Source: Mobula hypostoma
Taxonomy: Eukaryota
Assembly (NCBI RefSeq): GCF_963921235.1
Contig: NC_086097.1
Span: 85,748,001 to 85,812,000, forward strand
Reading direction: 5' to 3'
DNA length: 64,000 bases
Below the pieces are notes generated by a model. That model was not told the DNA's origin, searched no databases, and was given only the letters and a program-made list of their open reading frames with translations. Positions 1 to 12,758 of this stretch are shown here, in pieces (the stretch's first letter is position 1; every line of letters begins with the position of its first letter). A program made the position numbers and the translations under genes.

Positions 1-3000
1 TCCCCTGCCTCGAGCCTCGCCTCACCTCACCTCAAGTCCCCTGCCTCCAGCCTCGCCTCACCTCACCTCAAGTCCCCTGCCTCCAGCCTCGCCTCACCTC
101 AAGTCCCATGCCTCCAGCCTAGCCTCGCCTCAAGTCCCCTGCCTCCAGCCTTGCCTCGCCTGAAGTCCCCTGCCTCCAGCCTCGCCTCACCTCACCTCAA
201 GTCCCCTGCCTCCAGCCTTGCCTCACCTCAAGTCCCCTGCCTCCAGCCTCGCCTCACCCCAAGTCCCCTGCCTCCAGCCTAGCCTCACCTCAAGTCCCCT
301 GCCTCCAGCCTCGCCTCACCTCAAGTCCCCTGCCTCCAGCCTAGCCTCACCTCAAGTCCCCTGCCTCCAGCCTAGCCTCACCTCAAGTCCCCTGCCTCCA
401 GCCTTGCCTCGCCTCAAGTCCCCTGCCTCCAGCCTCGCCTCACCTCACCTCAAGTCCCCTGCCTCCAGCCTTGCCTCACCTCAAGTCCCCTGCCTCCAGC
501 CTCGCCTCACCCCAAGTCCCCTGCCTCCAGCCTAGCCTCACCTCAAGTCCCCTGCCTCCAGCCTCGCCTCGACTCGCCTCAAGTCCCCTGCCTCCAGCCT
601 AGCCTCACCTCAAGTCCCCTGCCTCCAGCCTCGCCTCACCTCCCCTCAAGTCCCCTGCCTCCAGCCTCGCCTCACCTCAAGTCTCCTGCCTCCAGCCTAG
701 CCTCATCTCAAGTCCCCTGCCTCCAGTCTCGCCTCACCTCAAGTCCCCTGCCTCCAGCCTAGCCTCGCCTCAAGTCCCCTGCCTCCAGCCTCGCCTCACC
801 TCAAGTCCCCTGCCTCCAGCCTAGCCTCACCTTAAGTCCCCTGCCTCCAGCCTAGCCTCACCTCAAGTCCCCTGCCTCCAGCCTCGCCACGCCTCAAGTC
901 CCCTGCCTCCAGCCTCGCCTCGCCTCACCTCAAGTCCCCTGCCTCCAGCCTAACCTCGCCTCAAGTCCCCTGCCTCCAGCCTTGCCTCGCCTCAAGTCCC
1001 CTGCCTCCAGCCTCGCCTCACCTCACCTCAAGTCCCCTGCCTCCAGCCTCGCCTCACCTCAAGTCCCCTGCCTCCAGCCTCGCCTCACCCCAAGTCCCCT
1101 GCCTCCAGCCTAGCCTCACCTCAAGTCCCCTGCCTCCAGCCTCGCCTCGACTCGCCTCAAGTCCCCTGCCTCCAGCCTAGCCTCACCTCAAGTCCCCTGC
1201 CTGCAGCCTCGCCTCACCTCACCTCAAGTCTCCTGCCTCCAGCCTCGCCTCACCTCAAGTCTCCTGCCTCCAGCCTAGCCTCACCTCAAGTCCCCTGCCT
1301 CCAGCCTAGCCTCGCCTCAAGTCCCCTGCCTCCAGCCTCGCCACGCCTCAAGTCCCCTGCCTCCAGCCTCGCCTCACCTCACCTCAAGTCCCCTGCCTCC
1401 CCCCTCGCCTCACCTCAAGTCCCCTGCCTCCAGCCTAGCCTCGCCTCAAGTCCCCTGCCTCCAGCCTTGCCTTGCCTCACCTCACCTCACGTCCCCTGCC
1501 TCCAGCCTCGCCTCACCTCACCTCAAGTCCCCTGCCTCCAGCCTCGCCTCACCTCAAGTCCCCTGCCTCCAGCCTAGCCTCGCCTCAAGTCCCCTGCCTC
1601 CAGCCTTGCCTCGCCTCAAGTCCCCTGCCTCCAGCCTCGCCTCACCTCACCTCAAGTCCCCTGCCTCCAGCCTCGCCTCACCTCAAGTCCCCTGCCTCCA
1701 GCCTCGCCTCACCCCAAGTCCCCTGCCTCCAGCCTAGCCTCACCTCAAGTCCCCTGCCTCCAGCCTCGTCTCGACTCGCCTCAAGTCCCCTGCCTCCAGC
1801 CTAGCCTCACCTCAAGTCCCCTGCCTCCTGCCTCGCCTCACCTCACCTCAAGTCCCCTGCCTCCAGCCTCGCCTCACCTCAAGCCCCCTGCCTCCAGCCT
1901 AGCCTCGCCTCAAGTCCCCTGCCTCCAGCCTCGCCACGCCTCAAGTCCCCTGCCTCCAGCCTCTCCTCACCTCAAGTCCCCTGCCTCCAGCCTAGCCTCG
2001 CCTCAAGTCCCCTGCCTCCAGCCTTGCCTCGCCTCACCTCACCTCAAGTCCCCTGCCTCCAGCCTCGCCTCACCTCACCTCAAGTCCCCTGCCTCCAGCC
2101 TCGCCTCACCTCGTCCTCTGCCTCCAGCCTAGCCTCGCCTCAAGTCCCCTGCCTCCAGCCTTGCCTCACCTCACCTCAAGTCCCCTGCCTCCAGCCTCGC
2201 CTCACCTCAAGTCCCCTGCCTCCAGCCTCGCCTCACCTCAAGTCCCCTGCCTCCAGCCTAGCCTCGCCTCAAGTCCCCTGCCTCCAGCCTCGCCACGCCT
2301 CAAGTCCACTGCCTCCAGCCTCGCCTCACCTCAAGTCCCCTGCCTCCAGCCTCACCTCACCTCAAGTCCCCTGCCTCCAGCCTAGCCTCGCCTCAAGTCC
2401 CCTGCCTCCAGCCTCGCCTCACCTCACCTCAAGTCCCCTGCTTCCAGCCTCGCCTCACCTCAAGTCCCATGCCTCCAGCCTAGCCTCGCCTCAAGTCCCC
2501 TGCCTCCAGCCTTGCCTCGCCTCAAGTCCCCTGCCTCCAGCCTCGCCTCACCTCACCTCAAGTCCCCTGCCTCCAGCCTCACCTCACCTCAAGTCCCCTG
2601 CCTCCAGCCTCGCCTCACCTCAAGTCCCCTGCCTCCAGCCTCGCCTCGACTCGCCTCGTCCCCTGCCTCCAGCCTAGCCTCACCTCAAGTCCCCTGCCTC
2701 CAGCCTCGCCTAACTCACCTCAAGTCCCCTGCCTCCAGCCTCACCTCACCTCAAGTCCCCTGCCTCCAGCCTAGCCTCGCCTCAAGTCCCCTGCCTCCAG
2801 CCTCGCCACGCCTCAAGTCCCCTGCCTCGAGCCTCGCCTCACCTCACCTCAAGTCCCCTGCCTCCAGCCTCGCTTCACCTCACCTCAAGTCCCCTGCCTC
2901 CAGCCTCGCCTCACCTCAAGTCCCATGCCTCCAGCCTAGCCTCGCCTCAAGTCCCCTGCCTCCAGCCTTGCCTCGCCTGAAGTCCCCTGCCTCCAGCCTC

Positions 3001-6000
3001 GCCTCACCTCACCTCAAGTCCCCTGCCTCCAGCCTTGCCTCACCTCAAGTCCCCTGCCTCCAGCCTCGCCTCACCCCAAGTCCCCTGCCTCCAGCCTAGC
3101 CTCACCTCAAGTCCCCTGCCTCCAGCCTCGCCTCACCTCAAGTCCCCTGCCTCCAGCCTAGCCTCACCTCAAGTCCCCTGCCTCCAGCCTAGCCTCACCT
3201 CAAGTCCCCTGCCTCCAGCCTTGCCTCGCCTCAAGTCCCCTGCCTCCAGCCTCGCCTCACCTCACCTCAAGTCCCCTGCCTCCAGCCTTGCCTCACCTCA
3301 AGTCCCCTGCCTCCAGCCTCGCCTCACCCCAAGTCCCCTGCCTCCAGCCTAGCCTCACCTCAAGTCCCCTGCCTCCAGCCTCGCCTCGACTCGCCTCAAG
3401 TCCCCTGCCTCCAGCCTAGCCTCACCTCAAGTCCCCTGCCTCCAGCCTCGCCTCACCTCCCCTCAAGTCCCCTGCCTCCAGCCTCGCCTCACCTCAAGTC
3501 TCCTGCCTCCAGCCTAGCCTCATCTCAAGTCCCCTGCCTCCAGTCTCGCCTCACCTCAAGTCCCCTGCCTCCAGCCTAGCCTCGCCTCAAGTCCCCTGCC
3601 TCCAGCCTGGCCTCACCTCAAGTCCCCTGCCTCCAGCCTAGCCTCACCTTAAGTCCCCTGCCTCCAGCCTAGCCTCACCTCAAGTCCCCTGCCTCCAGCC
3701 TCGCCACGCCTCAAGTCCCCTGCCTCCAGCCTCGCCTCGCCTCACCTCAAGTCCCCTGCCTCCAGCCTAACCTCGCCTCAAGTCCCCTGCCTCCAGCCTT
3801 GCCTCGCCTCAAGTCCCCTGCCTCCAGCCTCGCATCACCTCACCTCAAGTCCCCTGCCTCCAGCCTCGCCTCACCTCAAGTCCCCTGCCTCCAGCCTCGC
3901 CTCACCCCAAGTCCCCTGCCTCCAGCCTAGCCTCACCTCAAGTCCCCTGCCTCCAGCCTCGCCTCGACTCGCCTCAAGTCCCCTGCCTCCAGCCTAGCCT
4001 CACCTCAAGTCCCCTGCCTGCAGCCTCGCCTCACCTCACCTCAAGTCTCCTGCCTCCAGCCTCGCCTCACCTCAAGTCTCCTGCCTCCAGCCTAGCCTCA
4101 CCTCAAGTCCCCTGCCTCCAGCCTAGCCTCGCCTCAAGTCCCCTGCCTCCAGCCTCGCCACGCCTCAAGTCCCCTGCCTCCAGCCTCGCCTCACCTCACC
4201 TCAAGTCCCCTGCCTCCCCCCTCGCCTCACCTCAAGTCCCCTGCCTCCAGCCTAGCCTCGCCTCAAGTCCCCTGCCTCCAGCCTTGCCTTGCCTCACCTC
4301 ACCTCACGTCCCCTGCCTCCAGCCTCGCCTCACCTCACCTCAAGTCCCCTGCCTCCAGCCTCGCCTCACCTCAAGTCCCCTGCCTCCAGCCTAGCCTCGC
4401 CTCAAGTCCCCTGCCTCCAGCCTTGCCTCGCCTCAAGTCCCCTGCCTCCAGCCTCGCCTCACCTCACCTCAAGTCCCCTGCCTCCAGCCTCGCCTCACCT
4501 CAAGTCCCCTGCCTCCAGCCTCGCCTCACCCCAAGTCCCCTGCCTCCAGCCTAGCCTCACCTCAAGTCCCCTGCCTCCAGCCTCGTCTCGACTCGCCTCA
4601 AGTCCCCTGCCTCCAGCCTAGCCTCACCTCAAGTCCCCTGCCTCCTGCCTCGCCTCACCTCACCTCAAGTCCCCTGCCTCCAGCCTCGCCTCACCTCAAG
4701 CCCCCTGCCTCCAGCCTAGCCTCGCCTCAAGTCCCCTGCCTCCAGCCTCGCCACGCCTCAAGTCCCCTGCCTCCAGCCTCTCCTCACCTCAAGTCCCCTG
4801 CCTCCAGCCTAGCCTCGCCTCAAGTCCCCTGCCTCCAGCCTTGCCTCGCCTCACCTCACCTCAAGTCCCCTGCCTCCAGCCTCGCCTCACCTCACCTCAA
4901 GTCCCCTGCCTCCAGCCTCGCCTCACCTCGTCCTCTGCCTCCAGCCTAGCCTCGCCTCAAGTCCCCTGCCTCCAGCCTTGCCTCACCTCACCTCAAGTCC
5001 CCTGCCTCCAGCCTCGCCTCACCTCAAGTCCCCTGCCTCCAGCCTAGCCTCACCTCAAGTCCCCTGCCTCCAGCCTAGCCTCGCCTCAAGTCCCCTGCCT
5101 CCAGCCTCGCCACGCCTCAAGTCCACTGCCTCCAGCCTCGCCTCACCTCAAGTCCCCTGCCTCCAGCCTCACCTCACCTCAAGTCCCCTGCCTCCAGCCT
5201 AGCCTCGCCTCAAGACCCCTGCCTCCAGCCTTGCCTCACCTCGCCTCAAGTCCCCTGCCTCCAGCCTCACCTCACCTCAAGTCCCTTGCCTCCAGCCTCG
5301 CCTCGCCTCATCCCCTGCCTCCAGCCTCGCCTCGCCTCAAGTCTCCTAAGACTCCAGCCTCCTGCCTCGCCTCGCATCTCCTAAGACTCCAGCCTCCTGC
5401 TTTGCCTCGCCTCAAGCCTGAAGACTCCAGCCTCCTGCCTCGCCTCAAGCCTGAAGACTCCAGCCTCCTGCCTCTCCTCACCTCAAGTCCCCTGCCTCCA
5501 GCCTAGCCTCGCCTCAAGTCCCCTGCCTCCAGCCTTGCCTCACCTCAAGTCCCCTGCCTCCAGCCTCGCCTCACCTCACCTCAAGTCCCCTGCCTCCAGC
5601 CTCGCCTCACCTCACCTCAAGTCCCCTGCCTCCAGCCTCGCCTCACCTCAAGTCCCCTGCCTCCAGCCTAGCCTCGCCTCAAGTCCCCTGCCTCCAGCCT
5701 TGCCTCGCCTCAAGTCCCCTGCCTCCAGCCTCGCCTCACCTCACCTCACCTCAAGTCCCCTGCCTCCAGCCTCGACTCACCCCAAGTCCCCTGCCTCCAG
5801 CCTCGCCTCACCTCAAGTCCCCTGCCTCCAGCCTCGCCTCGCCTCAAGCCCCCTGCCTCCAGCCTTGCCTCGCCTCAAGTCCCCTGCCTCCAGCCTCGCC
5901 TCACCTCACCTCACCTCAAGTCCCCTGCCTCCAGCCTCGCCTCACCCCAAGTCCCCTGCCTCCAGCCTAGCCTCACCTCAAGTCCCCTGCCTCCAGCCTC

Positions 6001-9000
6001 GCCTCGACTCGCCTCAAGTCCCCTGCCTCCAGCCTAGCCTCACCTCAAGTCCCCTGCCTCCAGCCTCGCCTCACCTCACCTCAAGTCCCCTGCCTCCAGC
6101 CTCGCCTCACCTCGTCCCCTGCCTCCAGCCTAGCCTCACCTCAAGTCCCCTGCCTCCAGCCTAGCCTCACCTCAAGTCCCCTGCCTCCAGCCTCGCCACG
6201 CCTCAAGTCCCCTGCCTCCAGCCTCGCCTCACCTCACCTCAAGTCCCCTGCCTCCAGCCTCGCCTCACCTCAAGTCCCCTGCCTCCAGCCTAGCCTCGCC
6301 TCAAGTCCCCTGCCTCCAGCCTTGCCTCGCCTCAAGTCCCCTGCCTCCAGCCTCGCCTCACCTCACCTCAAGTCCCCTGCCTCCAGCCTCACCTCACCTC
6401 AAGTCCCCTGCCTCCAGCCTCGCCTCACCTCAAGTCCCCTGCCTCCAGCCTCGCCTCGACTCGCCTCAAGTCCCCTGCCTCCAGCCTAGCCTCACCTCAA
6501 GTCCCCTGCCTCCAGCCTCGCCTCACCTCACCTCGTCCCCTGCCTCCAGCCTCGCCTCACCTCAAGTCCCCTGCCTCCAGCCTAGCCTCGCCTCAAGTCC
6601 CCTGCCTCCAGCCTCGCCACGCCTCAAGTCCCCTGCCTCCAGCCTCGCCTCACCTCACCTCAAGTCCCCTGCCTCCAGCCTCGCCTCACCTCACCTCAAG
6701 TCCCCTGCCTCCAGCCTCGCCTCACCTCAAGTCCCCAGCCTCCAGCCTTGCCTCGCCTCAAGTCCCCTGCCTCCAGCCTCGCCTCACCTCACCTCAAGTC
6801 CCCTGCTTCCAGCCTCGCCTCACCTCAAGTCCCCTGCCTCCAGCCTCGCCTCACCCCAAGTCCCCTGCCTCCAGCCTACCCTCACCTCAAGTCCCCTGCC
6901 TCCAGCCTCGCCTCACCTCACCTCAAGTCCCCTGCCTCCAGCCTAGCCTCACCTCAAGTCCCCTGCCTCCAGCCTCGCCACGCCTCAAGTCCCCTGCCTC
7001 CAGCCTCGCCTCGCCTCACCTCAAGTCCCCTGCCTCCAGCCTAACCTCGCCTCAAGTCCCCTGCCTGCAGCCTTGCCTCGCCTCAAGTCCCCTGCCTCCA
7101 GCCTCGCCTCACCTCACCTCAAGTCCCCTGCCTCCAGCCTCGCCTCACCTCACCTCAAGTCCCCTGCCTCCAGCCTCGCCTCACCTCAAGTCCCCTGCCT
7201 CCAGCCTAGCCTCGCCTCAAGTCCCCTGCCTCCAGCCTTGCCTCGCCTCAAGTCCCCTGCCTCCAGCCTCGCCTCACCTCACCTCAAGTCCCCTGCCTCC
7301 AGCCTCGCCTCACCTCAAGTTCCCTGCCTCCAGCCTCGCCTCACCCCAAGTCCCCTGCCTCCAGCCTAGCCTCACCTCAAGTCCCCTGCCTCCAGCCTCG
7401 CCTCACCTCACCTCAAGTCCCCTGCCTCCAGCCTAGCCTCACCTCAAGTCCCCTGCCTCCAGCCTAGCCTCACCTCAAGTCCCCTGCCTCCAGCCTCGCC
7501 ACGCCTCAAGTCCCCTGCCTCCAGCCTCGCCTCGCCTCACCTCAAGTCCCCTGCCTCCAGCCTAACCTCGCCTCAAGTCCCCTGCCTCCAGCCTTGCCTC
7601 GCCTCAAGTCCCCTGCCTCCAGCCTCGCCTCACCTCACCTCAAGTCCCCTGCCTCCAGCCTCGCCTCACCTCAAGTCCGCTGCCTCCAGCCTCGCCTCAC
7701 CCCAAGTCCCCTGCCTCCAGCCTAGCCTCACCTCAAGTCCCCTGCCTCCAGCCTCGCCTCGACTCGCCTCAAGTCCCCTGCCTCCAGCCTAGCCTCACCT
7801 CAAGTCCCCTGCCTCCAGCCTCGCCTCACCTCACCTCAAGTCCCCTGCCTCCAGCCTCGCCTCACCTCAAGTCTCCTGCCTCCAGCCTAGCCTCACCTCA
7901 AGTCCCCTGCCTCCAGCCTAGCCTCGCCTCAAGTCCCCTGCCTCCAGCCTAGCCTCACCTCAAGTCCCCTGCCTCCAGCCTCGCCTCGACTCGCCTCAAG
8001 TCCCCTGCCTCCAGCCTCGCCTCACCTCAAGTCCCCTGCCTCCAGCCTCGCCTCACCTCACCTCAAGTCCCCTGCCTCCAGCCTCGCCTCACCTCGTCCC
8101 CTGCCTCCAGCCTAGCCTCACCTCAAGTCCCCTGCCTCCAGCCTAGCCTCAACTCAAGTCCCCTGCCTCCAGCCTCGCCACGCCTCAAGTCCCCTGCCTC
8201 CAGCCTCGCCTCACCTCATCTCAAGTCCCCTGCCTCCAGCCTCGCCTCACCTCAAGTCCCCTGCCTCCAGCCTAGCCTCGCCTCAAGTCCCCTGCCTCCA
8301 GCCTTGCCTCGCCTCAAGTCCCCTGCCTCCAGCCTCGCCTCACCTCACCTCAAGTCCCCTGCCTCCAGCCTCACCTCACCTCAAGTCCCCTGCCTCCAGC
8401 CTCGCCTCACCTCAAGTCCCCTGCCTCCAGCCTCGCCTCGACTCGCCTCATGTCCCCTGCCTCCAGCCTAGCCTCACCTCAAGTCCCCTGCCTCCAGCCT
8501 AGCCTCACCTCAAGTCCCCTGCCTCCAGCCTCGCCTCACCTCACCTCAAGTCCCCTGCCTCCAGCCTAGCATCACCTCAAGTCCCCTGCCTCCAGCCTCG
8601 CCTCACCTCACCTCAAGTCCCCTGCCTCCAGCCTCGCCTCACCTCAAGTCCCCTGCCTCCAGCCTAGCCTCGCCTCAAGTCCCCTGCCTCCAGCCTCGCC
8701 ACGCCTCAAGTCCCCTGCCTCGAGCCTCGCCTCACCTCACCTCAAGTCCCCTGCCTCCAGCCTCGCCTCACCTCACCTCAAGTCCCCTGCCTCCAGCCTC
8801 GCCTCACCTCAAGTCCCCTGCCTCCAGCCTAGCCTCGCCTCAAGTCCCCTGCCTCCAGCCTTGCCTCGCCTCAAGTCCCCTGCCTCCAGCCTCGCCTCAC
8901 CTCACCTCAAGTCCCCTGCCTCCAGCCTCGCCTCACCTCAAGTTCCCTGCCTCCAGCCTCGCCTCACCCCAAGTCCCCTGCCTCCAGCCTAGCCTCACCT

Positions 9001-11100
9001 CAAGTCCCCTGCCTCCAGCCTCGCCTCACCTCACCTTAAGTCCCCTGCCTCCAGCCTCGCCTCACCTCAAGTCCCCTGCCTCCAGCCTAGCCTCACCTCA
9101 AGTCCCCTGCCTCCAGCCTAGCCTCACCTCAAGTCCCCTGCCTCCAGCCTCGCCACGCCTCAAGTCCCCTGCCTCCAGCCTCGCCTCGCCTCACCTCAAG
9201 TCCCCTGCCTCCAGCCTAACCTCGCCTCAAGTCCCCTGCCTCCAGCCTTGCCTCGCCTCAAGTCCCCTGCCTCCAGCCTCGCCTCACCTCACCTCAAGTC
9301 CCCTGCCTCCAGCCTCGCCTCACCTCAAGTCCCCTGCCTCCAGCCTCGCCTCACCCCAAGTCCCCTGCCTCCAGCCTAGCCTCACCTCAAGTCCCCTGCC
9401 TCCAGCCTCGCCTCACCTCACCTCAAGTCCCCTGCCTCCAGCCTCGCCTCACCTCAAGTCTCCTGCCTCCAGCCTAGCCTCACCTCAAGTCCCCTGCCTC
9501 CAGCCTAGCCTCGCCTCAAGTCCCCTGCCTCCAGCCTCGCCACGCCTCAAGTCCCCTGCCTCCAGCCTCGCCTCACCTCACCTCAAGTCCCCTGCCTCCA
9601 GCCTCGCCTCACCTCAAGTCCCCTGCCTCCAGCCTAGCCTCGCCTCAAGTCCCCTGCCTCCAGCCTTGCCTTGCCTCACCTCACCTCACGTCCCCTGCCT
9701 CCAGCCTCGCCTCACCTCACCTCAAGTCCCCTGCCTCCAGCCTCGCCTCACCTCAAGTCCCCTGCCTCCAGCCTTGCCTCGCCTCAAGTTCCCTGCCTCC
9801 AGCCTTGCCTCGCCTCAAGTACCCTGCCTCCAGCCTCGCCTCACCTCACCTCAAGTCCCCTGCCTCCAGCCTCGCCTCACCTCAAGTCCCCTGCCTCCAG
9901 CCTCGCCTCACCCCAAGTCCCCTGCCTGCAGCCTAGCCTCACCTCAAGTCCCCTGCCTCCAGCCTCGTCTCGACTCGCCTCAAGTCCCCTGCCTCCAGCC
10001 TAGCCTCACCTCAAGTCCCCTGCCTCCTGCCTCGCCTCACCTCACCTCAAGTCCCCTGCCTCCAGCCTCGCCTCACCTCAAGTCCCCTGCCTCCAGCCTA
10101 GCCTCGCCTCAAGTCCCCTGCCTCCAGCCTCGCCACGCCTCAAGTCCCCTGCCTCCAGCCTCGCCTCACCTCAAGTCCCCTGCCTCCAGCCTAGCCTCGC
10201 CTCAAGTCCCCTGCCTCCAGCCTTGCCTCGCCTCACCTCACCTCAAGTCCCCTGCCTCCAGCCTCGCCTCACCTCACCTCAAGTCCCCTGCCTCCAGCCT
10301 CACCTCACCTCGTCCTCTGCCTCCAGCCTAGCCTCGCCTCAAGTCCCCTGCCTCCAGCCTTGCCTCACCTCGCCTCAAGTCCCCTGCCTCCAGCCTCACC
10401 TCACCTCAAGTCCCTTGCCTCCAGCCTCGCCTCGCCTCATCCCCTGCCTCCAGCCTCCCCTCACCTCAAGTCTCCTAAGACTCCAGCCTCCTGCCTCGCC
10501 TCGCATCTCCTAAGACTCCAGCCTCCTGCCTTGCCTCGCCTCAAGCCTGAAGACTCCAGCCTCCTGCCTCGCCTCAAGCCTGAAGACTCCAGCCTCCTGC
10601 CTCTCCTCACCTCAAGTCCCCTGCCTCCAGCCTCGCCTCACCTCACCTCAAGTCCCCTGCCTCCAGCCTCGCCTCACCTCAAGTCCCCTGCCTCCAGCCT
10701 AGCCTCGCCTCAAGTCTCCTGCCTCCAGCCTCACCTCACCTCGCTTCAAGTCCCCTGCCTCCAGCCTCACTTCACCTCAAGTCCCCTGCCTCCAGCCTCA
10801 CCTCACCTCAAGTCTCCTGCCTCCAGCCTCGCCTCACCTCAAGTCCCTTGCCTCCAGCCTCGCCTCGCCTCATCCCCTGCCTCCAGTCTTGCCTTGCCTC
10901 AAGTCTCCTAAGACTCCAGCCTCCTGCCTCGCCTCGCATCTCCTAAGACTCCAGCCTCCTGCCTCACCTCTCCTCAGCCTGAAGACTCCAGCCTCCTGCC
11001 TCTCCTCACCTCAAGCCTGAAGACTCCAGCCTCCTGCCTCTCCTCACCTCAAGCCTGAAGACTCCAGCCTCCTGCCTCGCCTTGCCTCAAGCCTGAAGTC
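1..11100. repeat. C-rich tandem array, 31-bp monomer CCTCAAGTCCCCTGCCTCCAGCCTCGCCTCA (36/41-bp variants with extra CCTCA), with higher-order structure
   Basis: Directly visible; variant markers recur at +2817 (e.g. cgag at 11 and 2828) and at about +5.1-5.4 kb; runs off the left edge. Confidence 0.97.
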
Positions 11101-11420
11101 TCTAGCCTCTACCCTCTTGCCAAGTCAAACCAGGTCTCTAGCCTCTGGCCTCTTGCCTAGCCAAGTCTCTAACCTCTAGCCTCTTGCCAAGCCAAGTCTC
11201 TAGCCTCTTGCCGAGCCAAGCCAAGTCTCTAGCCTCTTGCCAAGCCAAGCCAAGTCTCTAGCCTCTAGCCTCTTGCCAAGCCATGCCAAGTCTCTAGCCT
11301 CTTGCCAAGCCAAGTCTCTAGCCTCTAGCCAAGCCAAGCCAAGCCTCTAGCCTCTTGCCAAGCCAAGCCAAGTCTCTAGCCTCTAGCCTCTTGCCAGCCA
11401 AGCCAAGTCTCTAGCCTCAA
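11100..11420. repeat. Derived short tandem repeat (CAAGC / TCTAGCC / TCTTGC units)
   Basis: Irregular repetition of caagccaagtctctagcctcttgc. Confidence 0.85.
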
Positions 11421-11554
11421 GCCTGAAGACTCCAGCCTCCTGCCAAGCCTCGCCTCTAGCCTGAAGACTCCGGCCACCTGCCTCCTGCCAAGACTCACCT
11501 CTAACCTCAAGCCTGAAGACTCCAGCCTCATCCTGCCTGCCTGCCAAGCCTCAT

Positions 11555-12032
11555 CCTTGCCTAGTTTTGGGGTCTGAGCCAGAGGCAAGACCCAGGTATT
11601 GGGTCCTTGTCCAGTCTCTGGCTCGGAGTCCATCCTGCCTCCTGCCAAGCCTCGCCTCTAGCCTCAAGCCTGAAGACTCCAGCTTCGTCCTTGCCTGGTT
11701 CTGGGGTTCGAGCCAGAGGCAAGACCCAGGTATTGGGTCCTTGTCCAGTCTCTGGCTCGGAGTCCATCCTGCCTCCTGCCAAGCCTCGCCTCTAGCCTCA
11801 AGCCTGAAGACTCCAGCTTCGTCCTTGCCTAGTTTTGGGGTCTGAGCCAGAGGCAAGACCCAGGTATTGGGTCCTTGTCCAGTCTCTGGCTCGGAGTCCA
11901 TCCTGCCTCCTGCCAAGCCTCGCCTCTAGCCTCAAGCCTGAAGACTCCAGCTTCGTCCTTGCCTGGTTCTGGGGTTCGAGCCAGAGGCAAGACCCAGATA
12001 CTGGGTCCTTGTCCAGTCTCTGGCTCGGAGTC
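11555..12032. repeat. 134-bp tandem repeat, ~3.6 copies in ABAB alternation (268-bp dimer)
   Basis: ccttgcct starts at 11555, 11689, 11823 and 11957; A = agttttggggtctgag, B = ggttctggggttcgag. Confidence 0.92.
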
Positions 12033-12175
12033 TCAGCCCGGGCTCCTAGCTCTCTTGTCCAGTCCTGTTCCAGGTTCCTGGTTTTCCTGTCCATGTCCTT
12101 GCCCTCAGCCTGTCCCTAGTACTTCAGTGTCTGTGTCTTGCACTTGGGTCCGTCCCTAGCCCCCTCCTTATGACA
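12033..12175 (+). mobile_element. Probable 3' end of an LTR (Gypsy-type) hosting the array
   Basis: Ends ...gtgtcttgcacttgggtcc...ttaTGACA, resembling fish Gypsy LTR ends; followed abruptly by the right half of a different repeat (catctatggag...). Confidence 0.55.
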
Positions 12176-12310
12176 CATCTATGGAGGGAAATAAAGGATC
12201 TTGGTTCAAAACATCAACTGTTTATTCCCCTTCATAGATGCTGCCTGACCGGTGGGTCTCCTCCAGCATTTTATGTGAGATTTTTCATTCGGAGTTTGAG
12301 ATCTGCTATT
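12176..12310. mobile_element. Right part of an inverted Penelope-type repeat, cut by the LTR
   Basis: catctatggagggaaataaa...tttattccccttcatagatgctgcctgacc...ctccagcattt; same family as 14023, 16330, 20247 and 41328. Confidence 0.65.
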
Positions 12311-12319
12311 TCAGCAAAT

Positions 12320-12758
12320 ACTCCTAACAAATTTCTACAGATGCAGAGGAGAGCATTCTGAGTGGTTGCATCACTGCCTGGTACGAAGGCTCCAATATGC
12401 TGGTTCAAAAGAGGCTGCTTATAGACCAGCCAGGTCCATCACTGGCACAATTCTCCCCATCAAGGGCATCTTCAAAAGTTGGTGCCATGAGAATGCAACA
12501 TCAACTAAAGACTCTTGCCATCCAGGACATGTCTTGTTCTCATTACTACCATCAGAGAGGAAGTACAGCAGCCAGAAGACCCAAACTTAACGCTTCAGGA
12601 ATTGCCAAAAAAAAAACCCATGAACACTATCTCACTATTCCAGGTTTGCACTGTTTATATTTTTGTAACATAGTAATTTTTATGTCTTGCACTGTACTAC
12701 TGTCACAAATCAACAACAAACTTCACAACATGTACCAGTGATAATAAACCTGATTCTG
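12320..12758 (+). mobile_element. Rex1/Babar-like LINE 3' fragment
   Basis: gagagcattctgagtggttgcatcactgcctggtacg motif; 3' end aataaacctgattctg shared with other copies in the window. Confidence 0.75.

Noticed and set aside
218..10911. Ser/Pro-rich ORFs in the array
   Set aside because: Non-ATG starts, multiple frames open by composition, and a 31-bp unit that is not a multiple of 3; artefacts of the repeat.
1..12032. CRISPR array or immunoglobulin switch region
   Set aside because: No unique spacers and no cas genes; eukaryotic context; lacks AGCT-dense switch pentamers and any Ig exons.
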